From a virus (lineage: Duplodnaviria > Caudoviricetes), in the IMG/VR virus record IMGVR_UViG_3300012208_000070, positions 1 through 33,723 of that record: 33,723 nt of DNA; one strand, 5' to 3'. A program made the position numbers and the translations under genes. Under the pieces are notes generated by a model. The model ran no database searches. It had not been told where the DNA came from and saw nothing but the letters and a program-made list of their open reading frames with translations. Positions 1 through 7,715 of this stretch are shown piece after piece (position 1 is the stretch's first letter; each line of letters opens with the position of its first letter).

Positions 1-303
1 ATGAGTTTTACTTCTGCATATAATAAAAGTGCTTCAAGAGATATAGAACTTGAAGTAAAGGAAGATAACTTAACTGAGCAGCTTAAAAAAGAAGAGTTTG
101 AGAAATGGCTTAGGCTTCCGTTTACACAAGAACTTATTTTATTTTTAGGTAAAAGAGAATTAACTTTATTAAATAATGCAAGAAATTCTGCTAAAGCTAA
201 TTTACAAAGTGAAAATATTGCAAAAAATCTTCTGAAGGCAGTGGGATATAGAGAGGTAATAGAATTTTTAACGACAAATAAACATCCAATTGATATAGAG
301 TAA
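1..303 (+). CDS. small head-module protein preceding the scaffold gene
   Basis: 100 aa helical protein with FEKWLRLPFT; sits just upstream of scaffold and MCP, as in podoviral portal-X-scaffold-MCP order. Confidence 0.5.
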   Translation: MSFTSAYNKSASRDIELEVKEDNLTEQLKKEEFEKWLRLPFTQELILFLGKRELTLLNNARNSAKANLQSENIAKNLLKAVGYREVIEFLTTNKHPIDIE

Positions 304-307
304 TATT

Positions 308-1372
308 ATGCCAGAAGAAAATGAAAATAAAGTAGAAAATCAAGAAACGGCCAAAGAAACTACTGAACAAAATGAAGAAGTTGAGGTAGTGTTGCCAGAA
401 ACTAAAGAAGAAAAAGAAGAAGTAGTTGAAAAATCTGAGGCCGCTGATCTAGATAAAGAAAAAACAGAAGAAAAAGAAATAGGGTTCTCTGATTTTCTAA
501 AGAATCGTGGGGTAACTATTGATGAAAGTTTAGTAGAACCTAAAAAAGAAGTAAAAGTTAAGAAAGAGACTCTCCCAAGAACTTTAGATGATATTCCTGA
601 AGAAGATAGACCATTTTTTAAGACAATGTCTAATGAAAGTTTTAATAAACTTAAACCTCTTTATTTAGAACATAAACAGCTTAAACAAGAAAATGAGGCT
701 TTAAAAGAATCTAGAAAAAAAGAAGCTGCTACTATTCATGGGCATCCAAAAGCTTTCATGTTAACAAAAGAGTATGAAACACATTTAAATGATTATAATC
801 TGTCAGAGAGAATTAAATCTCATTGGTCACTTCAAGCAGCTAAAGTTTCTAGAGGAGAAAAATGGCAAGATATAGACATGGATCCTAAAACAGGAAAATT
901 AATGCTTTCTGAACCAAAAGAATCTAATGCAGAATCTGAAGCTTTTATAGGAGATCAATTACAATTTGCAAGAGAGCAAAATTTTGAAGCATCAAAAGGT
1001 TTAAAATCTTATATAGATACTTATGGTAAAACATATGAAAATGATTTAACTGTGGTGAATGCTGCAAAAGAAAAATATTTTCCAGGATATGATAAGAAAG
1101 ATCATCCAACAAGAAAAATTCAAGATGCAGTGATTGAGGCACTTCCACCTTCTTTTAGAAATAATCCTGTTGCAGAACTTTTAGCTATGACAGCGGCTAA
1201 CAATGCTATACTTATGGGTAGATTAAAGAAAGCATTAGATGAGTTAGATAAGATAAAAGGTGTTAAAAAAGACGCGGCTGGAGCACAACCACTTAAAGGT
1301 GATTTTGTTAATAATAAGGGTGCTGATAGTGGTATTAAATTTTCTGATTATAGTAAAAGAAGGCAGGGATAG
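308..1372 (+). CDS. capsid scaffolding protein
   Basis: Acidic low-complexity N-terminus, coiled-coil body, basic C-terminal tip; directly upstream of MCP. Confidence 0.7.
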   Translation: MPEENENKVENQETAKETTEQNEEVEVVLPETKEEKEEVVEKSEAADLDKEKTEEKEIGFSDFLKNRGVTIDESLVEPKKEVKVKKETLPRTLDDIPEEDRPFFKTMSNESFNKLKPLYLEHKQLKQENEALKESRKKEAATIHGHPKAFMLTKEYETHLNDYNLSERIKSHWSLQAAKVSRGEKWQDIDMDPKTGKLMLSEPKESNAESEAFIGDQLQFAREQNFEASKGLKSYIDTYGKTYENDLTVVNAAKEKYFPGYDKKDHPTRKIQDAVIEALPPSFRNNPVAELLAMTAANNAILMGRLKKALDELDKIKGVKKDAAGAQPLKGDFVNNKGADSGIKFSDYSKRRQG

Positions 1373-1402
1373 TTTATTAGTAGGTTGTTTTCTTAATAGT
1401 AA

Positions 1403-1535
1403 ATATAAGTGGCACAAGACCTGCTTATATGGTTTTGTTAAATGCTTCTGCGAGAATCCTGAGCCTCGCAAATTAAGCTTCTATCTTCGTGTTTTGAGCT
1501 AACACAAATGTTCTAAGTTACATTTTTAACTTAGA
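1403..1535 (+). promoter_or_regulatory. structured MCP upstream region, four tandem hairpins
   Basis: Inverted repeats 1403-1410/1423-1430, 1449-1454/1465-1470, 1489-1493/1501-1505, 1512-1520/1527-1535. Confidence 0.55.
1410..1425 (+). promoter_or_regulatory. sigma54 (RpoN)-type -24/-12 promoter motif upstream of MCP
   Basis: TGGCAC-AAGAC-CTGCT vs consensus TGGCAC-N5-TTGCW; GG at 1411-1412 and GC at 1423-1424 have canonical spacing. Confidence 0.55.
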
Positions 1536-1562
1536 TTTAACTTTCAAGATTAGAATAAATAC

Positions 1563-2840
1563 ATGAATATGCCAAATTTGCTGGATGTTCCAGCATGTTC
1601 TGGTTGGACAGAAGTAGATCGAGCAATGTATAATTCTATGCCATTCTATCTTGCTAAAATGATGGTAGAAAGGCGTAAAACTTTTACACATTGGGCTAAG
1701 TTTGTAAAGAAACGAAAATGGGTTCCAAATGAAGGTGATACTCTTAAAGGAGTTATTACAGAACCATCACCACATAGGAGACAGTTTGCATATCCAAACT
1801 TGCTTAAGAATGTTCCAAAGAAAGATGTAATGGGAGTTAAAGAAAGAACTGTTCAAGCTAATGTTTATAGACAGAGGTTTGAAAGTCATGGACTTAATTT
1901 CTATCCATCTTTTAATGACTTTCTTGATCATGTTGATGATAATGCAACTGATATTATGGAGAAGATAGAAAGATATGAAGATATTTTTATTCGTACTAAT
2001 ATCTGGCATATGTCTCCATTTATGTTTCTTGCACAACCTAATAAAATGGTTGTAGTAAATACTCCACCTTGGCTTGGTGTTGGAACATTTGACACAGCAA
2101 ATGATGGAAAGACAACTGCTCTTCTATTAGCACAACTAGGAAATGTAACTTCTCATTTAACACTTCCAGCACTTCATGATGCTTTTAGTAAAATGGATAC
2201 TGATTTTCGGATTCCATTTTTTAAAGGTTCTGATATGCCAACAGAGGATAAGATACTTGATGGTAAATATTGCTTATCGACAAGTAATGAAACTTATTCT
2301 CAGTTTACATTTGATCCTTATTTGCAACAACACAAGAATTGTGATCTTGATGTTGTGAATGATAGTTTCAAAGGTTCTATCTTTGGAATGATTACATCAA
2401 AACTTGAAGATCTTCCTATGCGCTTCAAAAATGATGCTACATTTCCAGAGCCGGAAATAGTTCAGGATAATGGAGAAAATGAAGGTGAATGTCTTCCTAA
2501 TCCTGTTTATGCAACTATTGATGAAAATGGATCACCATATGAAGTTAGTTACTTAATTGGTGCTCCAGGACATGAAAGTATTCAAGTTGGACCTCCACCA
2601 TCAGCATTTACTGGTGATTCTCCACCACATAACTTTCCTAAAATGGAATGGAATGGTAGAGTAATTGCTACTAAACAAAAACTTGTTCCTTGTATTGATG
2701 CCAGTACTGGATTAACAGTTTATGAAACTAATGTTTATGGTGAGTGGCTGTGGTTTATTGCTCAAGTAGCATTAGGAATAGTTGCAAAACAACGTAGGAA
2801 TATATTTCCTATTGTTCATAAACGAAAGCGCGGAGTGTAA
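1563..2840 (+). CDS. major capsid protein (HK97 fold, N4 gp56-like)
   Basis: 425 aa, follows scaffold; E-loop-like PNEGDT motif; long dedicated upstream regulatory region. Confidence 0.75.
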   Translation: MNMPNLLDVPACSGWTEVDRAMYNSMPFYLAKMMVERRKTFTHWAKFVKKRKWVPNEGDTLKGVITEPSPHRRQFAYPNLLKNVPKKDVMGVKERTVQANVYRQRFESHGLNFYPSFNDFLDHVDDNATDIMEKIERYEDIFIRTNIWHMSPFMFLAQPNKMVVVNTPPWLGVGTFDTANDGKTTALLLAQLGNVTSHLTLPALHDAFSKMDTDFRIPFFKGSDMPTEDKILDGKYCLSTSNETYSQFTFDPYLQQHKNCDLDVVNDSFKGSIFGMITSKLEDLPMRFKNDATFPEPEIVQDNGENEGECLPNPVYATIDENGSPYEVSYLIGAPGHESIQVGPPPSAFTGDSPPHNFPKMEWNGRVIATKQKLVPCIDASTGLTVYETNVYGEWLWFIAQVALGIVAKQRRNIFPIVHKRKRGV

Positions 2841-2863
2841 TTAACATTTAAAATCTAAAATCT

Positions 2864-3337
2864 ATGAAAAAATTACTTACTCTTATCTTTACAATGGCAC
2901 TCTTTACTGAGTGTTTAGTGGCTGAGATATATGTAACTAATAATATGGCAACAGGTCTTAGGACTGTAGTTAATGAAGCTATTGTATTATCTAGTTTACA
3001 AATCACTGGAACAACAAATGTTCTTCTTCGTTTTTATGACGGGGCAATAACAAATGTTACTGGAGCATATTCAAATGTAACAATATATGCTACAAATCGT
3101 ATTACTACTTTTGTTGGTGTAAATGGTATTACCAATAATTTTACTAATACTGTATTATATTCAGTTATAGCTGCTGTAGCTGCTGCAACTAATAATACAA
3201 CACCAATATTGGTATTAAATATTGGGGCTAATGTGGCACCATTTACATTTGATACTCCGCTTATATTTACAAAATATGTAAATGTTTCAAATGACCAAGG
3301 TGGAGTTACAATGGTATTAAATTATCATCAACCTTAA
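2864..3337 (+). CDS. signal-peptide-bearing TN-rich beta protein, putative capsid decoration
   Basis: MKKLLTLIFTMALFTECLVA Sec-type leader; beta-rich; immediately after MCP. Confidence 0.5.
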   Translation: MKKLLTLIFTMALFTECLVAEIYVTNNMATGLRTVVNEAIVLSSLQITGTTNVLLRFYDGAITNVTGAYSNVTIYATNRITTFVGVNGITNNFTNTVLYSVIAAVAAATNNTTPILVLNIGANVAPFTFDTPLIFTKYVNVSNDQGGVTMVLNYHQP

Positions 3338-5148
3338 TGACCCCAGGTTGTAATAGGAGAATAGCTAGTATAGTGTGTACTATACTAGCTATCTCTTCTT
3401 TATTTGGTGCTGTAACTGATGTAAATATTAGTTCACCAAGAGGAACAACTAATATTATTCGTAATATTATAACTAATAGTGTTGGGAGTGGAAAATTACT
3501 TTTAGTTCAAGGGACAAATATTTTAGGAATTTCTACTAATAATTTTGGACCTAGTAATGCAATAACTAGTGTAATTATAAATTTTTCCGGTCCAGGTGTT
3601 GGCGGAACAGTTATTAATCCAATTTTTGCTGATTCAACTAATGCACTATGGGCATTAGATGGATCATTTACAGATGTTCATTTACATTTTACAAATATTT
3701 CAGAAAAACAATTGTTATTTTCAGATACTATAACTAATAATGCTTCAACTACAAAACATGGATTTTTGCAAAAATTAAGTGGAAATACTAATAGTGTTTT
3801 TAAAGGAGATGGGAATGAATCAACTAATTTATATGGTATAGGAACAATAAATGCTAACAATGGAGGATTTACTAATAGTCTCCTTTTTAATGGTGTTCAA
3901 GTTCTTACTAATATTCCAGCTGTAGGTTCAACTAACACATTAACTAAATGGTTAACAAGTAATTCTTTATCATATATTGTTAATCTTTCTGGGATACTTA
4001 CTAATGATGGTGCTGGAAATTTTGGATATACTACTAATATAGGAGGACTTGGAACTTTAAATGCTAATAATGGTAGTTTTACTAATAGTCTTAAGTTAAA
4101 TGGGGTTGATGTTGTTACAAATGCTACTGGTTATAGAACTTTGCTTTCTGAAACTAATACATGGCTAGGAACAAATAATTTTACTGGATTTCTTAGAAAA
4201 GATGGAATAAATGTATTAACTAATATTCCTGCTTCTGGCTCTGCTAATACTCTTGTAATCTGGCTTACAACTAATAGCCAAAGCTACATAATAAATGGTG
4301 TAGGAATGCTAACTAATGATGGAAATGGAAATTTTGGTTATACAACTAATTTAAGTCAGGATATTACTTTTAATAATATTACTATAAATAGTAATTTAAC
4401 AGTTAATACTCTTACAGTTAATAGTAATCTTACTATTGCATATACATTAACTACAAGTAATGCTTTCTTTATTTCTGGAAAAGGGAATACTGTTATAATT
4501 ACAAATAGTTTGCAACTATTATCTTTATCTAACTCTGTTCTTATGGTTACTTCTACTGGAGTTGCAACTAATGTTACTTTAGGAACTGGATTAACTTTAA
4601 CCGGACAAACTTTATTTCCTACAAATATTGTAGAAAATCAACTTAATTTAACTGATTTAACTACAGGAGATGCTTCTACTTCTAAACATGGATTCCTTCC
4701 TAAACTTACTAATGATGTAACTAAATTTCTTAATGGAATTGGAACATATACTGTTCCATCTGGAGGTGGAAGTTCTTCTGGCTCAACCAATTATAGGAGT
4801 TCAATAATTACATTAACAATGACTACAACAAATGTAGATGCGAACCAAATTGATTGGGCAAAAACTAATGTAGCTTATAAATTAATATTAACGACTAATG
4901 CTTTCTTTAGTGATATTGTGTGTTCCAATGTTCCAGATACTAATAGTTTTCAATGGCTTCAGTTACATATTATACAAGATGGAACTGGTAGTAGGACAGT
5001 AACCTTTACTAATTCTATTTTTGCTGGTGTAAATGGAACATTTGCTCTTACAGCAACAGCTAATGCTTGGGATACTTTTACACTTATAAATAGTCCACAA
5101 ACAAATGGTAATGTAGCAGTTTTACCTGTAAATTACTTGCGAAGATGA
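3337..5148 (+). CDS. fibre-like protein with signal peptide and internal repeats
   Basis: Leader RRIASIVCTILAISSLFGA; two AST(T/S)KHGFLxKL fibre motifs; C-terminal IIQDGTGSRTVTF beta-sandwich typical of phage fibres. Confidence 0.65.
   Translation: MTPGCNRRIASIVCTILAISSLFGAVTDVNISSPRGTTNIIRNIITNSVGSGKLLLVQGTNILGISTNNFGPSNAITSVIINFSGPGVGGTVINPIFADSTNALWALDGSFTDVHLHFTNISEKQLLFSDTITNNASTTKHGFLQKLSGNTNSVFKGDGNESTNLYGIGTINANNGGFTNSLLFNGVQVLTNIPAVGSTNTLTKWLTSNSLSYIVNLSGILTNDGAGNFGYTTNIGGLGTLNANNGSFTNSLKLNGVDVVTNATGYRTLLSETNTWLGTNNFTGFLRKDGINVLTNIPASGSANTLVIWLTTNSQSYIINGVGMLTNDGNGNFGYTTNLSQDITFNNITINSNLTVNTLTVNSNLTIAYTLTTSNAFFISGKGNTVIITNSLQLLSLSNSVLMVTSTGVATNVTLGTGLTLTGQTLFPTNIVENQLNLTDLTTGDASTSKHGFLPKLTNDVTKFLNGIGTYTVPSGGGSSSGSTNYRSSIITLTMTTTNVDANQIDWAKTNVAYKLILTTNAFFSDIVCSNVPDTNSFQWLQLHIIQDGTGSRTVTFTNSIFAGVNGTFALTATANAWDTFTLINSPQTNGNVAVLPVNYLRR
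3688..4743 (+). repeat. second internal duplication in fibre gene (~3688-3813 and ~4618-4743)
   Basis: TNISEKQLLFSDTITNNASTTKHGFLQKL vs TNIVENQLNLTDLTTGDASTSKHGFLPKL. Confidence 0.8.
3892..4350 (+). repeat. internal ~49 aa duplication in fibre gene (~3892-4038 and ~4204-4350)
   Basis: GVQVLTNIPAVGSTNTLTKWLTSNSLSYI...LTNDGAGNFGYTTN vs GINVLTNIPASGSANTLVIWLTTNSQSYI...LTNDGNGNFGYTTN. Confidence 0.85.
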
Positions 5149-6143
5149 AATACTTAATATCTTTATTTTTAGTTTTAAGTTTAAGCGCCGCTGGCCCAGT
5201 TCAGGTAGCATTTGATTCTCAAGTAGTAAACTGGAATTATCGTTGTAGTACAAATAATATTGTTTTTACAACTACTGGATTAAGGTGCAGTTCGACATTT
5301 AATAAAACTATTTCTTTAATTGCTTCTTCTGTTTGGATGGGAGGAATTAGAACTTCTGGTCTTTATCCTGGAAATATCCTTCGTGCTAATTTAATGTGTG
5401 GCGGTAGTTATGAAAGTGGTGGTGGATGTGGAACTGGAACAACAGCTCCAAATCAGTATAATATAGGTTCTCCACAAATACCACTTATTAATGATACTGG
5501 AAATGGACTAGATATATGTGTAAATTCTGGTCTTGTAGATGCTTACCAAGCAAGATGGAAATATACTGAAACAGGATCAAGTGGTGGTCTTGGTTGTCTT
5601 ACATCTAATGTTTGGGTTGCTTTTGATACAGGAGTAATTCCAAATAATGTAAGTTCTTGGCAAAGTGATGTTCATGCTTGTGTTTATATGATGGGAGGTG
5701 CTTCTGAGTCTGCTGATGAGTTAGGTGTATATAATCCTTCTACTCTAGATAAATTAATAATTTATGCTGTTCATAGTGCAGCAGGACAACTTACTAGGAT
5801 TTGGAGTGATGGAAGTGCAGCTATAAGTGCTGACACAAATGGAACAGGATTTTATCTTGGAACAAAAACTTCTGCCTCATCAAATGGTGTTAAACAATAT
5901 CATAATAATTCACTTACTGCTACTTCAGCCGCAGTAGCAGGAAATTCTGCTAACTTAACAACATCTATTTATGTTTTTTGTCAGAATAATCTTCCAAATA
6001 TGTCTCCATTTCAACCGGAAGGAATGACTACTCATTTAATGGGTGGTTATGCTTTAGGGCGAGCTATTACTGCTACTCAAAATACAAATTATTATACTTT
6101 AGCTTGGCAGCCATTTGAGACATTATTAAATAGACAAAAATGA
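5145..6143 (+). CDS. signal-peptide-bearing protein with ConA/LamG-like beta-sandwich, putative receptor-binding tip
   Basis: Leader MKYLISLFLVLSLSAA; several Cys; LamG-like C-terminal pattern (FDTGV...YALGRAITATQ). Confidence 0.5.
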   Translation: MKYLISLFLVLSLSAAGPVQVAFDSQVVNWNYRCSTNNIVFTTTGLRCSSTFNKTISLIASSVWMGGIRTSGLYPGNILRANLMCGGSYESGGGCGTGTTAPNQYNIGSPQIPLINDTGNGLDICVNSGLVDAYQARWKYTETGSSGGLGCLTSNVWVAFDTGVIPNNVSSWQSDVHACVYMMGGASESADELGVYNPSTLDKLIIYAVHSAAGQLTRIWSDGSAAISADTNGTGFYLGTKTSASSNGVKQYHNNSLTATSAAVAGNSANLTTSIYVFCQNNLPNMSPFQPEGMTTHLMGGYALGRAITATQNTNYYTLAWQPFETLLNRQK

Positions 6144-6214
6144 GTTGGTTTAAAAAATGTTTAATTATTCTTTTTATAATTTTTTGGGTATGGTTTTGGA
6201 TGGCTATTTTATGA
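6140..6214 (+). CDS. 24-aa hydrophobic peptide, in frame with the following ORF
   Basis: MSWFKKCLIILFIIFWVWFWMAIL*; ATGA overlap with upstream stop; below the ORF track cutoff. Confidence 0.5.
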   Translation: MSWFKKCLIILFIIFWVWFWMAIL

Positions 6215-6217
6215 AAT

Positions 6218-6418
6218 GTGAAAGCAGACGAAATTATACATTTAATTAGAACTACTGATGATGAACATTGTAAAATATTACTTGAAGGGTTATTTAAATT
6301 TGGATTTGTTCATGGAATGAAAAAAGGTTATCAAAATATAGCAATGACAATGAAAAAAGAACTTCCAATTTCGGATGCTAATGAAGCTAATTTAATTTGG
6401 TCTAAAAATTTTTTATGA
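6218..6418 (+). CDS. hypothetical protein (possibly the C-terminal part of a 6140-6418 gene)
   Basis: GTG start; TGA overlaps the holin ATG. Confidence 0.5.
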   Translation: MKADEIIHLIRTTDDEHCKILLEGLFKFGFVHGMKKGYQNIAMTMKKELPISDANEANLIWSKNFL

Positions 6419-6735
6419 GTGATTTAGTAAAACCAAAAACATCTCCTGTTATTATAATTGGTAGTTGTTTTGTTTTTGGAAATCTTGCTATTTTTATTGT
6501 GGAATCCTTAAAAGGCTTACAAATTAAAGCACATTCACCTTCAGGAATAGATTCTTTTGATTTTTCTATTTTACTTGCTGGCGTTATTGGTTGCATTGCT
6601 ATAAATATTGCAGCCTTCATGAATCAGTCTTATTCTAGATTAAAAGATGCTTTAGAAAAGCATGAAACAGAGGTTAATAAAAGAACAGAAACGGAGTGGA
6701 TACGTCAGGAATTAGAAAAGTCTCAAAAGAAATGA
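6415..6735 (+). CDS. putative holin
   Basis: 106 aa, two TM segments, charged C-terminal tail, near the spanin pair. Confidence 0.55.
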   Translation: MSDLVKPKTSPVIIIGSCFVFGNLAIFIVESLKGLQIKAHSPSGIDSFDFSILLAGVIGCIAINIAAFMNQSYSRLKDALEKHETEVNKRTETEWIRQELEKSQKK

Positions 6736-6956
6736 CAGAAAAGCAAAAAAAGATTTTAGTTTATGCTTATAATGAACTATCAGAAGTTTTTCCACACCTT
6801 GTTATTATTGTATCAGAAAAAGAAATTCCTAACTCAATTCATCATCCAGATCCAAATTTGTTTTGGTTCGGTGGCTATATTGCAGCAAAACATTTAATTC
6901 AAGATGCTGGTGAAAAAATCCTAAGAAGAAAATTAACTAAAGTAGCTCCAAAATGA
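6732..6956 (+). CDS. hypothetical protein
   Basis: Track ORF 6696-6956; probable start is ATG 6732 (ATGA overlap). Confidence 0.55.
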   Translation: MTEKQKKILVYAYNELSEVFPHLVIIVSEKEIPNSIHHPDPNLFWFGGYIAAKHLIQDAGEKILRRKLTKVAPK

Positions 6957-7378
6957 AAAATAAAATAACTCTATTAGCGGCGGCTGTTTTATTAACTAAT
7001 TGTGCAATTTTAAATAAAGATTCTACAGAAGTTCAAAAAGCAAATGATGTATATAAACTTTCTTATATGGCATCAAGTATAGGAATTTCTGCCGCCTTAA
7101 AACAAAAACCAGAATGGAAAGATGATTTTAATTTGGCCTATTCATCTCTAGATGTTCTTGTAAATAATAAAAAAGTTACTGGTATTTTACTTAGAGAGAT
7201 AATATCTAAATTACCTATTCGTGAGCTTAAAAGTGAGAATGCTAAGATAGTAATAGATAATGCTACTATGTTATTTGATTTATCTATTGGTGATAAAATA
7301 AATATTGAGGATAATATTTATGTAATGGCAGCTTCTAAAGGTATTCGAGATGGGATGAAAATTGCATTAGGATACTAA
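6953..7378 (+). CDS. lipoprotein
   Basis: MKNKITLLAAAVLLTN-C lipobox-like leader, helical body. Confidence 0.7.
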   Translation: MKNKITLLAAAVLLTNCAILNKDSTEVQKANDVYKLSYMASSIGISAALKQKPEWKDDFNLAYSSLDVLVNNKKVTGILLREIISKLPIRELKSENAKIVIDNATMLFDLSIGDKINIEDNIYVMAASKGIRDGMKIALGY

Positions 7379-7624
7379 ATGATAAAAGCGATTTTTCAGT
7401 TTCTTAATAGCATATTTTTCTTTCTAAAAAGAAAAGCTAGAAAATTAGATGATCCTCTTGAACAGCATAAAAAAAGAATAGAACAAATTGATAAAGATAT
7501 TAAAAGTGAAAATTCAATTCAAGCAACTCTTAATGCTACTTCTGATCTTGATGAACTTGATAGGTTGCAGAAGCTTAAAGATAATACCAATAGATCAAAT
7601 GGAAATAAGAGTGAAAAAGGGTGA
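7379..7624 (+). CDS. putative i-spanin (Rz-like)
   Basis: Short N-terminal hydrophobic segment then charged coiled coil; overlapped by a lipoprotein gene in another frame. Confidence 0.5.
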   Translation: MIKAIFQFLNSIFFFLKRKARKLDDPLEQHKKRIEQIDKDIKSENSIQATLNATSDLDELDRLQKLKDNTNRSNGNKSEKG

Positions 7625-7715
7625 TATTATAAAAGAAGATGGATGGTTTATGAATGATGCACGCTATCAAAGATATAGAAAATCAGTTGCAGATAAAATA
7701 TTAGAAAATCAGTGA
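7488..7715 (+). CDS. putative o-spanin lipoprotein (Rz1-like); likely start ATG 7533
   Basis: MLLLILMNLIG-C lipobox; overlapped Rz/Rz1 architecture. Confidence 0.55.
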   Translation: MIKILKVKIQFKQLLMLLLILMNLIGCRSLKIIPIDQMEIRVKKGDIIKEDGWFMNDARYQRYRKSVADKILENQ

